Shown: positions 9,957 to 19,316 of the stretch, piece after piece
How the letters are laid out: the number at the start of each line of letters is the position of its first letter
Numbering within the stretch: the stretch's first letter is position 1
Assembly (NCBI GenBank): GCA_963797555.1
Contig: CAWCPV010000004.1
Location: 640,001-704,000 of the forward strand
From: an uncultured Gammaproteobacteria bacterium
GTDB taxonomy: Bacteria > Pseudomonadota > Gammaproteobacteria > CAWCPV01
Reading direction: 5' to 3'
Length of the DNA stretch: 64,000 nt
Program-made: the position numbers and the translations under genes
The notes under the pieces: generated by a model
What the model saw: the letters and a program-made list of their open reading frames with translations, nothing else
What the model was told of the DNA's origin: nothing
Databases searched by the model: none

Positions 9957-10783
9957 AAAGGGGCCAGGGTCGCATTATTTTGCTATGATAAGTCCAATGC
10001 CCCGCCGCCCCCGCATCCATCTTGATCGCGTACCGCTGCACATCGTGCAACGCGGGCACAACCGCCAACCGTGCTTCTTTGGCGAAGAAGATTATCAGGC
10101 ATACCTCCACTGGTTGGGCGAAGCGTTGAAGAAAGAGCAATGCGCGCTTCACGCCTACGCGTTGATGACCAACCACGTCCACCTGCTTCTGACGCCGGAA
10201 CATGCCCAAGCGGTTCCCCGGCTAATCATTGCCTTGGGGCGGCGCTACGTGCAGTATATCAACACCACCTACCGCCGGACCGGCACCTTGTGGGATAGCC
10301 TGGGATAGCCGTTACAAATCCTCGCTGATCCAAGCCGAAACCTACTTGCTTGCCTGCCAGCGATACATCGAGCTCAACCCCGTACGGGCGGCCATGGTGG
10401 ATGATCCTGCGCATTACCGCTGGACGAGCTACCGTCACAACGCCCTGGGGCAGGTCAACCCTTGCCTTACCCCCCATCCTCTGTATCTGTCGCTGGGCAG
10501 GGATGCGAAGGAAAGGCAAGCTGCCTACCGGAGCCTGTTCCGGGCGCAACTGGACCAAGAAGCGGTCAACGACCTACGGCTGGCGCTCAATCAGAATCAG
10601 CCTTTGGGCAATGCACGGTTTTATGCCAACATTGAGGCAGCGACCGGCCAACGGCGGGAGCCGAAGCCGCGAGGCAGGCCGTGTGCCCGGCGAGACGACT
10701 CCGTCGCGGCATGACCCAGGTCAGGGAGAACTGGCGGTATGAATGCAGTTTATGCAGCAGAAATATGCGAGCCTGGCCCCTTT
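9957..10783 (+). mobile_element. Type-B Y1/RAYT-like element, copy 1; transposase frameshifted by a 10-bp duplication
   Basis: 19-bp IRs AAAGGGGCCAGGGTCGCAT/ATGCGAGCCTGGCCCCTTT; HIVQRGHNRQ, MTNHVHLL, YIELNPVRA; TGGGATAGCC x2 at 10291-10310. Confidence 0.88.
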
Positions 10784-10807
10784 AATCGCTTTAATCGCGG
10801 TCAGAAC

Positions 10808-11281
10808 ATGGCGCACGAGACAAACGATCCTTTCGGCGTCCGCTCTGCCTTCGCGCAGATTCAGAGACGAACGCATTCAGGGCTTGCAATTGCAGTCGCA
10901 GCAATCTTGGATAGTCAGCTCGAACTGTGCCTGAAGCAGGCCATGCTCCCGATGCCGAAGAAGCTATACGCCCAACTCTTCGACCCAATGCGCGCCTTGG
11001 GTAGCTTCGCTAGCAAGATCACAATGGCATACGCCCTGGGCATCGTCACTAGAGACATCTACAACCGCTTAGAGAACGTCCGAAAGATCCGCAATGCTTT
11101 TGCTCACTCGACCGTCGTTCTGAACTTTGAGAGTGCTCCAGTGGCGCCTCTGCTGGATCGACTGAAGAAGTCCATGGAACTGAAGACCAACTCACCGCAG
11201 GGACAATTTCTCGAGTGTGTAAAGCCCATTGACGAGGCGCTCAACGCCTACTTGAAATCGAAGGGCGCGCAGGCGTTGTAA
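10808..11281 (+). CDS. Cassette 5: MtlR-like/HEPN-fold protein
   Basis: LGSFASKITMAYALG..KIRNAFAH (RxxxxH). Followed by R'' ACCTAAC at 11298-11304. Confidence 0.75.
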   Translation: MAHETNDPFGVRSAFAQIQRRTHSGLAIAVAAILDSQLELCLKQAMLPMPKKLYAQLFDPMRALGSFASKITMAYALGIVTRDIYNRLENVRKIRNAFAHSTVVLNFESAPVAPLLDRLKKSMELKTNSPQGQFLECVKPIDEALNAYLKSKGAQAL

Positions 11282-11304
11282 CCGGAGCTTCCGTGAGACC
11301 TAAC

Positions 11305-11417
11305 CAATAAGGATTGAGGCGACCCGAGGGGTCGTTTCAATCCAGTGTTCAAGAAGCCCAGTGGTGGGCGTGGCTCTTTAACAGCAAGGGGATTGCTTCA
11401 GCGGCGTGTGTGAGGGC
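11305..11417 (+). other. Structured non-coding segment replacing most of cassette 5 attC; possible IS110-family end
   Basis: Hairpin GGATTGAGGCGACC/GGTCGTTTCAATCC begins just after TAAC, and no attC right arm follows. Confidence 0.35.
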
Positions 11418-11418
11418 T

Positions 11419-12245
11419 AAAGGGGCCAGGGTCGCATTATTTTGCTATGATAAGTCCAATGCCCCGCCGCCCCCGCATCCATCTTGATCGCGTACCGCTG
11501 CACATCGTGCAACGCGGGCACAACCGCCAACCGTGCTTCTTTGGCGAAGAAGATTATCAGGCATACCTCCACTGGTTGGGCGAAGCGTTGAAGAAAGAGC
11601 AATGCGCGCTTCACGCCTACGCGTTGATGACCAACCACGTCCACCTGCTTCTGACGCCGGAACATGCCCAAGCGGTTCCCCGGCTAATCATTGCCTTGGG
11701 GCGGCGCTACGTGCAGTATATCAACACCACCTACCGCCGGACCGGCACCTTGTGGGATAGCCTGGGATAGCCGTTACAAATCCTCGCTGATCCAAGCCGA
11801 AACCTACTTGCTTGCCTGCCAGCGATACATCGAGCTCAACCCCGTACGGGCGGCCATGGTGGATGATCCTGCGCATTACCGCTGGACGAGCTACCGTCAC
11901 AACGCCCTGGGGCAGGTCAACCCTTGCCTTACCCCCCATCCTCTGTATCTGTCGCTGGGCAGGGATGCGAAGGAAAGGCAAGCTGCCTACCGGAGCCTGT
12001 TCCGGGCGCAACTGGACCAAGAAGCGGTCAACGACCTACGGCTGGCGCTCAATCAGAATCAGCCTTTGGGCAATGCACGGTTTTATGCCAACATTGAGGC
12101 AGCGACCGGCCAACGGCGGGAGCCGAAGCCGCGAGGCAGGCCACGTGCCAGGCGAGACGACTCCGCCGCGCATGACCCAGGTCAGGGAGAGCTGGCGGTA
12201 TGAATCCAGCTTTATGCAGCAGAAATATGCGAGCCTGGCCCCTTT
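11419..12245 (+). mobile_element. Type-B Y1/RAYT-like element, copy 2 (same frameshift)
   Basis: Near-identical to 9957-10783, with the same IRs and the same duplication at 11753-11772. Confidence 0.88.
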
Positions 12246-12276
12246 AATCGCTGTTCACATCACCTTGGAGATCGTC

Positions 12277-12654
12277 ATGAAATATCTGCTTGTTCTCGCA
12301 ACTCTTGTGGCAAGCGGTACGGCATCAGCTGCGAGGCTGCCGTGCTCAATCCACGCCAAGACGGGCGCTTCCGCAGCCACGCTCCAGAGCCTTAGCAAAA
12401 TATCGATCGAACAAGCACGGGCAACTGCTCTCTCCGCCGTCGGTGCACAATCGACGGCGGTGGCCGAGGGGGAGCTTGAAGCCGAGCACGGTTGTCTTGT
12501 CTACTCGTTCGACATCCGTCTCTCTCCTCAGGCTACTGGGGTAGAGGAGGTCATGGTCGATGCTGGTAACGGCAAGGTGTTGTCGCATAAGCATGAAACA
12601 CCGCAGCAAGAAGCCACTGAGAAAGCTAAGGATGCAGCTGCTAGTCACAAGTAG
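12277..12654 (+). CDS. Cassette 6: secreted PepSY-domain protein
   Basis: Signal peptide MKYLLVLATLVASGTASA; ISIEQARATAL, ELEAEHGCLVYSFDI, VDAGNGKVL. Confidence 0.85.
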   Translation: MKYLLVLATLVASGTASAARLPCSIHAKTGASAATLQSLSKISIEQARATALSAVGAQSTAVAEGELEAEHGCLVYSFDIRLSPQATGVEEVMVDAGNGKVLSHKHETPQQEATEKAKDAAASHK

Positions 12655-12682
12655 TCACTGCAATTAGGTAAGCGACGTTGCC

Positions 12683-12730
12683 GCCCAACCCTGCGCTCCA
12701 GCCGACGGGCACGCCTTCGGCGTGGGCGCG
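12683..12730 (+). repeat. Truncated attC (right arm lost)
   Basis: GCCCAAC CCTGCGCTCCAGCCGAC..CACGCCTTCGGCGTG, broken at CAATGG. Confidence 0.7.
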
Positions 12731-12736
12731 CAATGG

Positions 12737-13500
12737 GTAGAGTAGAGGGCAGGTGTCCCGAGACCGTAGGCTGGGCCTATCTGTTGCCGCCCCTTTCGTC
12801 TGGCGGTGCCTCAATAGCCCAACCATAGCCGCAGGAGCCAGCCCCCCTCATCAAACCGTGCATACGGTTTTCCCGTACACGGCTTTCCGATGCTCTTCAC
12901 GCCAGGGCATGCGCCGTGCGCCAGGGTGCCGTTGTCGGCAGCTTGAAGAGTCCATAACGTCCGTAGAGCACCTGCCCGGGAAAGCGCCGATACGCCTGCA
13001 CCCGGCTGATCAGCTTGTGGCGCCGACGCAGATGAGTATGCACCCGCTCTTCCACGTGCAGCTTCACCTTGGACAGTGCCTGAGTGCAGTTGCGGTGGTG
13101 AAAGTAGTGGCTCTAGCCCCGCAGGCTCCGGTTCAGCTCCCCGATGATCTGGGGCATCGGCACCGGGGTCCGCCGTCGATGAGTCAACTGCTTGGCACGG
13201 TCTTTGATGCGCTGCACCGAGCGCTTCGACGGCTCGACATGCGGGTAGCGTTTGCCACTGTGGCGACTGCGCCGCAGGCGGAAGCTGGAGCCGAGAAAGT
13301 CGAATGACTGTTCTCGGGCATCGACCACCCGCGTCTTGGCCTCGTTGAGGCTGAGACCCAGCCGCTCCAATATGCTGCGCAGCACCCGCATCGGTGGCTC
13401 CACCCCCCGTGCACACATGATGACCAGATCATCGGCATAACGCACGAGTCGGGCTCCATAGGCGCCCGCCAGGTCATGGCGCTCCCATATCCGATCCAGC
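12737..13500 (-). mobile_element. Longer 3' fragment of the second group II intron (pseudogene RT)
   Basis: RYADD, FDFLG, an internal TAG, DV/DVI and end CTCTACTCTAC. Closely similar to 9397-9950. Confidence 0.85.
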
Positions 13501-13522
13501 GCGTCCGCAATACGTCCGCAAT

Positions 13523-14303
13523 AGGGTCAGACACGATATTGTGCTATCCTTCGTGCAGTCACTGCACGACCTGAACCGCCATGGCCCGCCTTCCCCGCTA
13601 TGTCATCCCCGGGCAGCCGCAGCATATCATCCAGCGCGGCAACAACCGCCAAGTGATCTTTGCCGCCGATGCGGACTATCAGTTTTTTCGCGATGCCCTG
13701 GTGGAAGCGGCAAGCAAGCACGGTCTGGCGATCCACGCGTATGTCTGGATGACCAACCATATCCATCTGCTGGCCACACCGGAAGGCGACCACAGCATCA
13801 GCAAAGTGCTCCAGTCCGTGGGTCGGCGTTATGTGCAGTACTTCAATTTCACATACCGGCGCAGCGGCACCCTGTGGGAAGGCCGCTACCGGGCGACGGT
13901 AGTCGATAGCGAGCGGTATCTGCTGACGCTGATGCGCTACATCGAGCTGAACCCCGTGCGGGCGGCGCTGGTGGGGCACCCCAGGGATTATCCCTGGTCC
14001 AGTTACCGGTGCAATGCGCTCGGTGAGTCGGGATCGAACGCAGACTGGCTGAGGCCGCATCAGGAATATCTGCGCTTGGGCCGCACTGCGGCGGAACGGC
14101 AAGGTGCCTACCGGCAATTGTTCCGGGCGGCTGTCTCCGGCAACGACCTGAGGGAAATCCGGGAGTGCACGCACAAGGGCTGGGCGCTCGGTGGCGACCG
14201 GTTCAGGGACCAGGTCGAGGCGCTGGCGCAGCGGCGTGCAGCGTCCAAGGGTGTGGGCAGGCCGAGAAAGGATGATAATCGTGTCTGACCCGTGTCTGAC
14301 CCC
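13523..14303 (+). mobile_element. Type-A Y1/RAYT-like element, complete
   Basis: IRs GGGTCAGACACGAT/ATCGTGTCTGACCC, with 11-bp tandem duplications at both ends. Confidence 0.85.
13581..14288 (+). CDS. Y1_Tnp HUH transposase (REP-associated tyrosine transposase-like), intact
   Basis: MTNHIHLL (HUH), GTLWEGRY, RYIELNPVRA (catalytic Y), DYPWSSY. Confidence 0.92.
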   Translation: MARLPRYVIPGQPQHIIQRGNNRQVIFAADADYQFFRDALVEAASKHGLAIHAYVWMTNHIHLLATPEGDHSISKVLQSVGRRYVQYFNFTYRRSGTLWEGRYRATVVDSERYLLTLMRYIELNPVRAALVGHPRDYPWSSYRCNALGESGSNADWLRPHQEYLRLGRTAAERQGAYRQLFRAAVSGNDLREIRECTHKGWALGGDRFRDQVEALAQRRAASKGVGRPRKDDNRV

Positions 14304-14416
14304 GCTTACCCTTCCGCGCCCGACTTGCACCGGTATGCGCGGACGCCGCAAAATCAGCGCCCGGCGTTCGCGCGCTGCCTGCCCGATTTCTCCTGCCTGC
14401 CATAAGGAGACCGAAG

Positions 14417-16144
14417 ATGCACCTCCGCACCGGACTGTTCTTGGTCCTCGCCCTGGTCGCTCACCCGGTTAGTCTCGCCCAGGCCGGGCAGAGGACGCCC
14501 CCCGGTCCTTCCGACGTACTCGTGGTATCGGGAACCGTCACCAACTCCCAGGGCAAGGCGGTCAAGGGGGCAGAGCTAACTTTCTTCGTCGCAGGCCAGC
14601 GGGTGAAGCTGGCGGAGGAGGTGACGACCTCGGCCCATGGAACCTACGAGGCGCAGCTCGAGCTGCCGGCCGGCACGCTGCCCGGTGCCCGCGTGGAGGT
14701 AATGGCGGGGAGGCCATCCTACCAGTCGACCGGGCGGCTTTCTCTGCAGCACGTGTTGCCGGAGCAGGTGGACGGCGGCGGCAACCGCGTCTACCTCGCC
14801 CACTTCAGCACCACCCTGGAGCGCGCCTTGTCGCCGGGATTCTGGATAGCCGCGCTGGTGCTGCTCGGCGTCTATATTTTCATCGCCTTCGAACTCATGC
14901 ACCGCACGCTGGCTGCGCTCGTGGGGGCCGCGCTGATGCTGTTCGTGAGCTACACACTAGGCACCTTCGACCCGAGCTACCGCATCCTGGCCTTCGAGGA
15001 CGCCATGCACGCCATCGACGGGAACGTCATATTTCTGCTGATGGCGATGATGATCATCGTCGGGATCACCAAGAAGACCGGCGTGTTCCAATGGATGGCC
15101 TACAAGTCGTTCCAGGTGGCGCGCGGGAATATTTTCGTGCTGGCAGCGCTGCTCATGTTCGTGACGGCCGTGGTGTCCGCCTTCCTCGACAACGTGACGA
15201 CCATGCTTCTGCTCATCCCGGTGACCATCGAGGTTTCTCTCGCGCTCAAGCTGAGCCCGATGGTCCTGCTGATACCCGAAGTCTTCGCATCCAACGTCGG
15301 CGGCACGGCGACTCTGATCGGCGATCCGCCCAACATCATGATCGGGTCCTATGCGGGGCTCACCTTCATGGACTTCGCGCGGAATCTGACGCTGGTTTGC
15401 CTGATCGGGCTCGCGGCCTCCACGGTCTATTACGTGTTGTGGTTTCGAAAGGGCTACCTCGCGGCCAAGGTGGGCGACGTGCCCGCCATGGTCGCGCGTC
15501 TGCGCGAGGAGTACCAAATCACAGACCGCCCCCTGCTCATCAAGTGCGGGATCGTTCTGGCCATCACCATTTTTCTGTTCGTCGTTCACGGCGCGCTGGA
15601 CATGGAGCCGAGCATCGCGGCCATGACCGGAGCGGCGCTGCTGCTCATCATCAGCGACGTGCACATCGTCGAAATGGTGGAGAAGGAGGTCGAGTGGCCG
15701 ACCCTGATCTTCTTTATGATGCTGTTCATCGTCGTGGCTGGCGCCGAGCAGACGGGGCTCATCCAGATCATCGCCGAGTGGGTGCGCGAGGCATCACGGG
15801 GGTCCCTGGTGCTCGCCATCGTCATGATCCTCTGGGTCTCGGCGCTGTTCTCGGCGATTATCGACAACATCCCATTCACCGCCACCATGCTTCCCGTCGT
15901 GGCATACCTCACGACGAGCATCCCGGGTGCCGAGCATGGGATTCTCTGGTGGGCGCTCTCTCTCGGCGCCTGTCTCGGCGGCAACGGCACCCTGATCGGA
16001 GCGAGCGCTAATGTCGTGACGGTAGGTATGGCCGAAAAGGCGGGTTATCCGGTCTCGTTCATGGAGTACCTGCGGATGGCATTCCTCCCCATGATCCTCA
16101 CGGTGGTGATCGCCATGATCTGGCTGCTCCTGGTCGAGGTGTGA
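14417..16144 (+). CDS. ArsB/NhaD (SLC13-like) ion transporter with N-terminal periplasmic beta domain
   Basis: SAFLDNVTT, TLIGDPPNIMI, IIDNIPF, LGGNGTLIGASAN, and many TM segments. Confidence 0.9.
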   Translation: MHLRTGLFLVLALVAHPVSLAQAGQRTPPGPSDVLVVSGTVTNSQGKAVKGAELTFFVAGQRVKLAEEVTTSAHGTYEAQLELPAGTLPGARVEVMAGRPSYQSTGRLSLQHVLPEQVDGGGNRVYLAHFSTTLERALSPGFWIAALVLLGVYIFIAFELMHRTLAALVGAALMLFVSYTLGTFDPSYRILAFEDAMHAIDGNVIFLLMAMMIIVGITKKTGVFQWMAYKSFQVARGNIFVLAALLMFVTAVVSAFLDNVTTMLLLIPVTIEVSLALKLSPMVLLIPEVFASNVGGTATLIGDPPNIMIGSYAGLTFMDFARNLTLVCLIGLAASTVYYVLWFRKGYLAAKVGDVPAMVARLREEYQITDRPLLIKCGIVLAITIFLFVVHGALDMEPSIAAMTGAALLLIISDVHIVEMVEKEVEWPTLIFFMMLFIVVAGAEQTGLIQIIAEWVREASRGSLVLAIVMILWVSALFSAIIDNIPFTATMLPVVAYLTTSIPGAEHGILWWALSLGACLGGNGTLIGASANVVTVGMAEKAGYPVSFMEYLRMAFLPMILTVVIAMIWLLLVEV

Positions 16145-16233
16145 CCCTCGACCGTCCGAGTGGGCGGTTTGCCTAATCGGTCGAGGCCGGTTAAATTTCG
16201 AGCGACCGACGGCAATCCGGAGCAGGGACTCAG

Positions 16234-18330
16234 ATGGCCAGCCCAAGCTACACAAGGGGATCGTCCGCACTGCCCAAGTGGCTGCTGTGGGGCACCGTCT
16301 CGGTGCTGGGGGCGGGTGCGGTCGGGGGCATCGCCTTCGGTCGGGGCGAATCCGTCAACAGCGGCTGGTTCGTCGTCGCCGCGCTCTGCGTTTACGCCAT
16401 CGGATACCGCTTCTATAGCGCGTTCATTGCCGCCAAGGTCCTGGTCGTCGACTCGACCCGAGCGACCCCTGCCGAGCGCTTCAACAACGGCCGGGATTTC
16501 CTGCCCTACAACAAGTGGCTCCTGTTCGGCCATCATTTCGCTGCCATCGCCGGGCCCGGCCCCCTGGTGGGTCCCACCCTCGCCGCCCAGTTCGGGTACC
16601 TGCCGGGAACCCTGTGGATCCTGATCGGTGCGGTGCTGGGCGGCTGCGTCCAGGATTTCGTCATCCTGTTCTTCTCCACCCGAAGAGACGGCCGTTCCCT
16701 CGGGCAGATGGCCCGCGACGAGCTGGGCCCCATGGGGGGCTATGCCGCGCTGCTGGGCGTCCTGACCATCATGATCATCCTCATCGCGGTGCTGGGGCTG
16801 GTGGTCGTGAACGCCATGAAGCACAGCCCGTGGGCCACGGCAACGGTGGCCGCTACCATCCCCATCGCCATGCTGGTGGGGCTGTACATGCGCAGCCTCA
16901 GACCCGGCCGCGTGATCGAGGGGACGCTGATCGGTGTCGCACTGCTGATGCTGGCCGTGGCCGGCGGCGGCTGGTTGGATCATCAGCCGCTGCTGCGCAG
17001 CGGGTTCGACTATGGTGCCTCGGAGCTGGCCGGGATGGTCGTCGCTTATGGATTCGCCGCCGCCGTCCTGCCGGTCTGGCTGCTACTGGCGCCGCGCGAC
17101 TATCTGTCGACGTTCATGAAGGTCGGCACGGTGATCGCGCTCGCGGCGGCCATCGTGCTGTTGCGCCCCGAAATCAGGATGCCGGCGCTGACTCAGTTCA
17201 TCGACGGAAGTGGGCCCATCTTCGGCGGCAAGCTCTTTCCCTTCGTGTTCATTACCGTCGCTTGCGGCGCCATCTCCGGCTTTCATTCGCTCATCAGCTC
17301 GGGAACTACCCCGAAGCTGTTGGCCAACGAGACCGACGCGCGGTTCATCGGCTATGGGGCGATGATGATGGAGTCTTTCGTGGCGGTGATGGCGATGATT
17401 GCGGCCACCATCCTCGATCCCGGGGTGTACTTCGCCATCAACGCGCCGGCCGGCATCGTCGGCAGCGAGGCTGCACGGGCTGTGGCGACGATCTCCGGCT
17501 GGGGATTCCCGGTGAACGTCGACCAGATGGCCCAGCTTGCCGCCGATATGGGAGAGCGGACCCTGTTCGCCCGCACCGGCGGTGCGCCGTCGCTGGCGGT
17601 GGGGATGGCTCGGATCTTCGCGACGGCCTTCGGCCAGGGTCTCCTGGCCCTGTGGTACCACTTCGCCATCATGTTCGAGGCGCTGTTCATCTTGACCACG
17701 CTCGACGCCGGGACTCGGGTGGGCCGGTTCATGCTGCAGGACCTGCTGGGGAATGTGTACCCCGCCTTGGGGAGGACCAGTTGGTATCCGAGCGTCCTGC
17801 TGACCAGCGCCTTGGTGGTGGGGGCTTGGGGCTATTTTCTGTACATTGGGACCATCGATCCGTTGGGGGGAATCAACAGCCTATGGCCCCTGTTCGGTAT
17901 CTCCAACCAAATGCTCGCGGCCATCGCCCTGTGCGTGGCGACGACCATCCTGGTCAAGTCCGGCAAGGCGCGCTATGCGTGGGTGACCGCGCTGCCATTG
18001 GTATGGCTGGTGCTCATTACCAGCGCCGCGGCCTGGGAGAAGCTGTTCAGCCCGGACATCCGGGTGGGGTTTCTGGCCCACGCCCGAGACCTTGCCGACA
18101 AGCTGGCCGCAGGCGTGCTGACTGCCAGGCAGGCCGCTCAGGCCCCCCGGCTCATGTTCAACGACCGGCTGGACGCCGTGCTCAGCGCGTTCTTCCTGGT
18201 AGTGACCTGGATAATGGTCGTCGATACGCTGCGCGTGTCCTTTCGAGCCTTGGCAGGACGCGTGCATCCGCCGCTGTCCGAGTCGCCCCATATCCCCAGC
18301 CGCTTGGTGGAGGACTGGGTACGTGATTGA
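16234..18330 (+). CDS. cstA: Carbon starvation protein A (pyruvate/peptide transporter)
   Basis: FGHHFAAIAGPGPLVGP, LLAPRDYLS, ACGAISGFH, TTLDAGTR. Confidence 0.95.
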   Translation: MASPSYTRGSSALPKWLLWGTVSVLGAGAVGGIAFGRGESVNSGWFVVAALCVYAIGYRFYSAFIAAKVLVVDSTRATPAERFNNGRDFLPYNKWLLFGHHFAAIAGPGPLVGPTLAAQFGYLPGTLWILIGAVLGGCVQDFVILFFSTRRDGRSLGQMARDELGPMGGYAALLGVLTIMIILIAVLGLVVVNAMKHSPWATATVAATIPIAMLVGLYMRSLRPGRVIEGTLIGVALLMLAVAGGGWLDHQPLLRSGFDYGASELAGMVVAYGFAAAVLPVWLLLAPRDYLSTFMKVGTVIALAAAIVLLRPEIRMPALTQFIDGSGPIFGGKLFPFVFITVACGAISGFHSLISSGTTPKLLANETDARFIGYGAMMMESFVAVMAMIAATILDPGVYFAINAPAGIVGSEAARAVATISGWGFPVNVDQMAQLAADMGERTLFARTGGAPSLAVGMARIFATAFGQGLLALWYHFAIMFEALFILTTLDAGTRVGRFMLQDLLGNVYPALGRTSWYPSVLLTSALVVGAWGYFLYIGTIDPLGGINSLWPLFGISNQMLAAIALCVATTILVKSGKARYAWVTALPLVWLVLITSAAAWEKLFSPDIRVGFLAHARDLADKLAAGVLTARQAAQAPRLMFNDRLDAVLSAFFLVVTWIMVVDTLRVSFRALAGRVHPPLSESPHIPSRLVEDWVRD

Positions 18331-18331
18331 G

Positions 18332-18532
18332 ATGTCCTACGGCCGGCGGCTGAGACGGCTGTGGTGCCGTGTCTGGCACGCCCTGCGCACCGCGACTGGG
18401 GACGACGCTTACGAGCGCTATCTCGACCACTGGCGGGCGCACCACACGGAGGAAGGCCCGCCCATGGACCGCAAGAGCTTCTACCGTTTGGAGCTGGAGC
18501 GTAAGTGGAGCGGGGTGGGGCGCTGCTGCTGA
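18332..18532 (+). CDS. YbdD/YjiX (DUF466) small protein
   Basis: GDDAYERYL.H..HH, C-terminal RCC, directly after cstA. Confidence 0.9.
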   Translation: MSYGRRLRRLWCRVWHALRTATGDDAYERYLDHWRAHHTEEGPPMDRKSFYRLELERKWSGVGRCC

Positions 18533-18620
18533 GCGGTGGACGCGGCGGCCGGCAGGGCAGGGTTGCCGGCCGGTCCCTCTGTCTCGATGATGCGTTTCAG
18601 CCGCCGCCCATCTTACGATG

Positions 18621-19124
18621 TTACGACACAGCGGGATCTCGGAGCGGAGGTACGAGGCTGTCGGGTGCGGCCGACAGGGCGCTCGATTCGGCGCGGCCTC
18701 TGTCTCCGTTGAACCGGGCGCGCAGGCCGTCGGCCCACTTGTCGGAAACGTCGCGGGTGAAGCGACTGACCGGGCCTTGTACGGCAGCCGCCGCGAACAT
18801 ACCGACCAGCGCGGGTGCCGCGACCGTCAACAACCCGCGCCCCACCAGCGCAGCGACTCCGATGCCGGTAGCCGATGCAGCCAGGGCGCCGATGGCACCG
18901 AGGATGGCGCCATGGCCGATTTGAGACAGGCCCCGGCCGAGAAGGGTGAAACCGTCCTGGTCGCTGTTTCGCCGCGCCGCGGCAACGCCGCCGACCAAAG
19001 CCACGCCGGCGCCCGCAGCAGCCCCGGTGAGCGCCCCGATCTTGGCGGACGAGGCGAGCAGCTCTACGGTCGTCGGGGAGCCGATCGCGAAGCGGACCGC
19101 TTCTTCGAGCCTATTTGATGCCAT
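18621..19124 (-). CDS. Gly/Ala-rich putative membrane protein
   Basis: ATG at 19124 and glycine-zipper-like hydrophobic stretches. No family confidently recognised. Confidence 0.55.
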   Translation of the reverse strand: MASNRLEEAVRFAIGSPTTVELLASSAKIGALTGAAAGAGVALVGGVAAARRNSDQDGFTLLGRGLSQIGHGAILGAIGALAASATGIGVAALVGRGLLTVAAPALVGMFAAAAVQGPVSRFTRDVSDKWADGLRARFNGDRGRAESSALSAAPDSLVPPLRDPAVS

Positions 19125-19261
19125 AGGTATCACTGGACCTTGTGCACCGACTGCTTGGCGGCCCGGGAGCCTGGGGTCCACGATGCCTTCAATTTGAGCC
19201 AGGGCAAGAAGTGACGGAGGGTGCGCCCGGGTGAGCACCTTCTGCGGTTTCGTCGCCTGAA

Positions 19262-19295
19262 ACGAAGAACCCCGCTGCGTGGCGGGGTTCTTCGT
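19262..19295. terminator. Intrinsic terminator hairpin downstream of the csp gene
   Basis: ACGAAGAACCCCGC..GCGGGGTTCTTCGT. Confidence 0.8.
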
Positions 19296-19316
19296 GGCCG
19301 AGCGAGTCGCTTGCCT

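Noticed and set aside
18521-18540. Selenocysteine read-through in YbdD/YjiX
   Set aside because: The protein already ends Cys-Cys before TGA, and no SECIS could be supported.
18621-19124. MamC-like magnetosome protein
   Set aside because: Similarity is limited to low-complexity Gly/Ala helices and there are no other mam genes.
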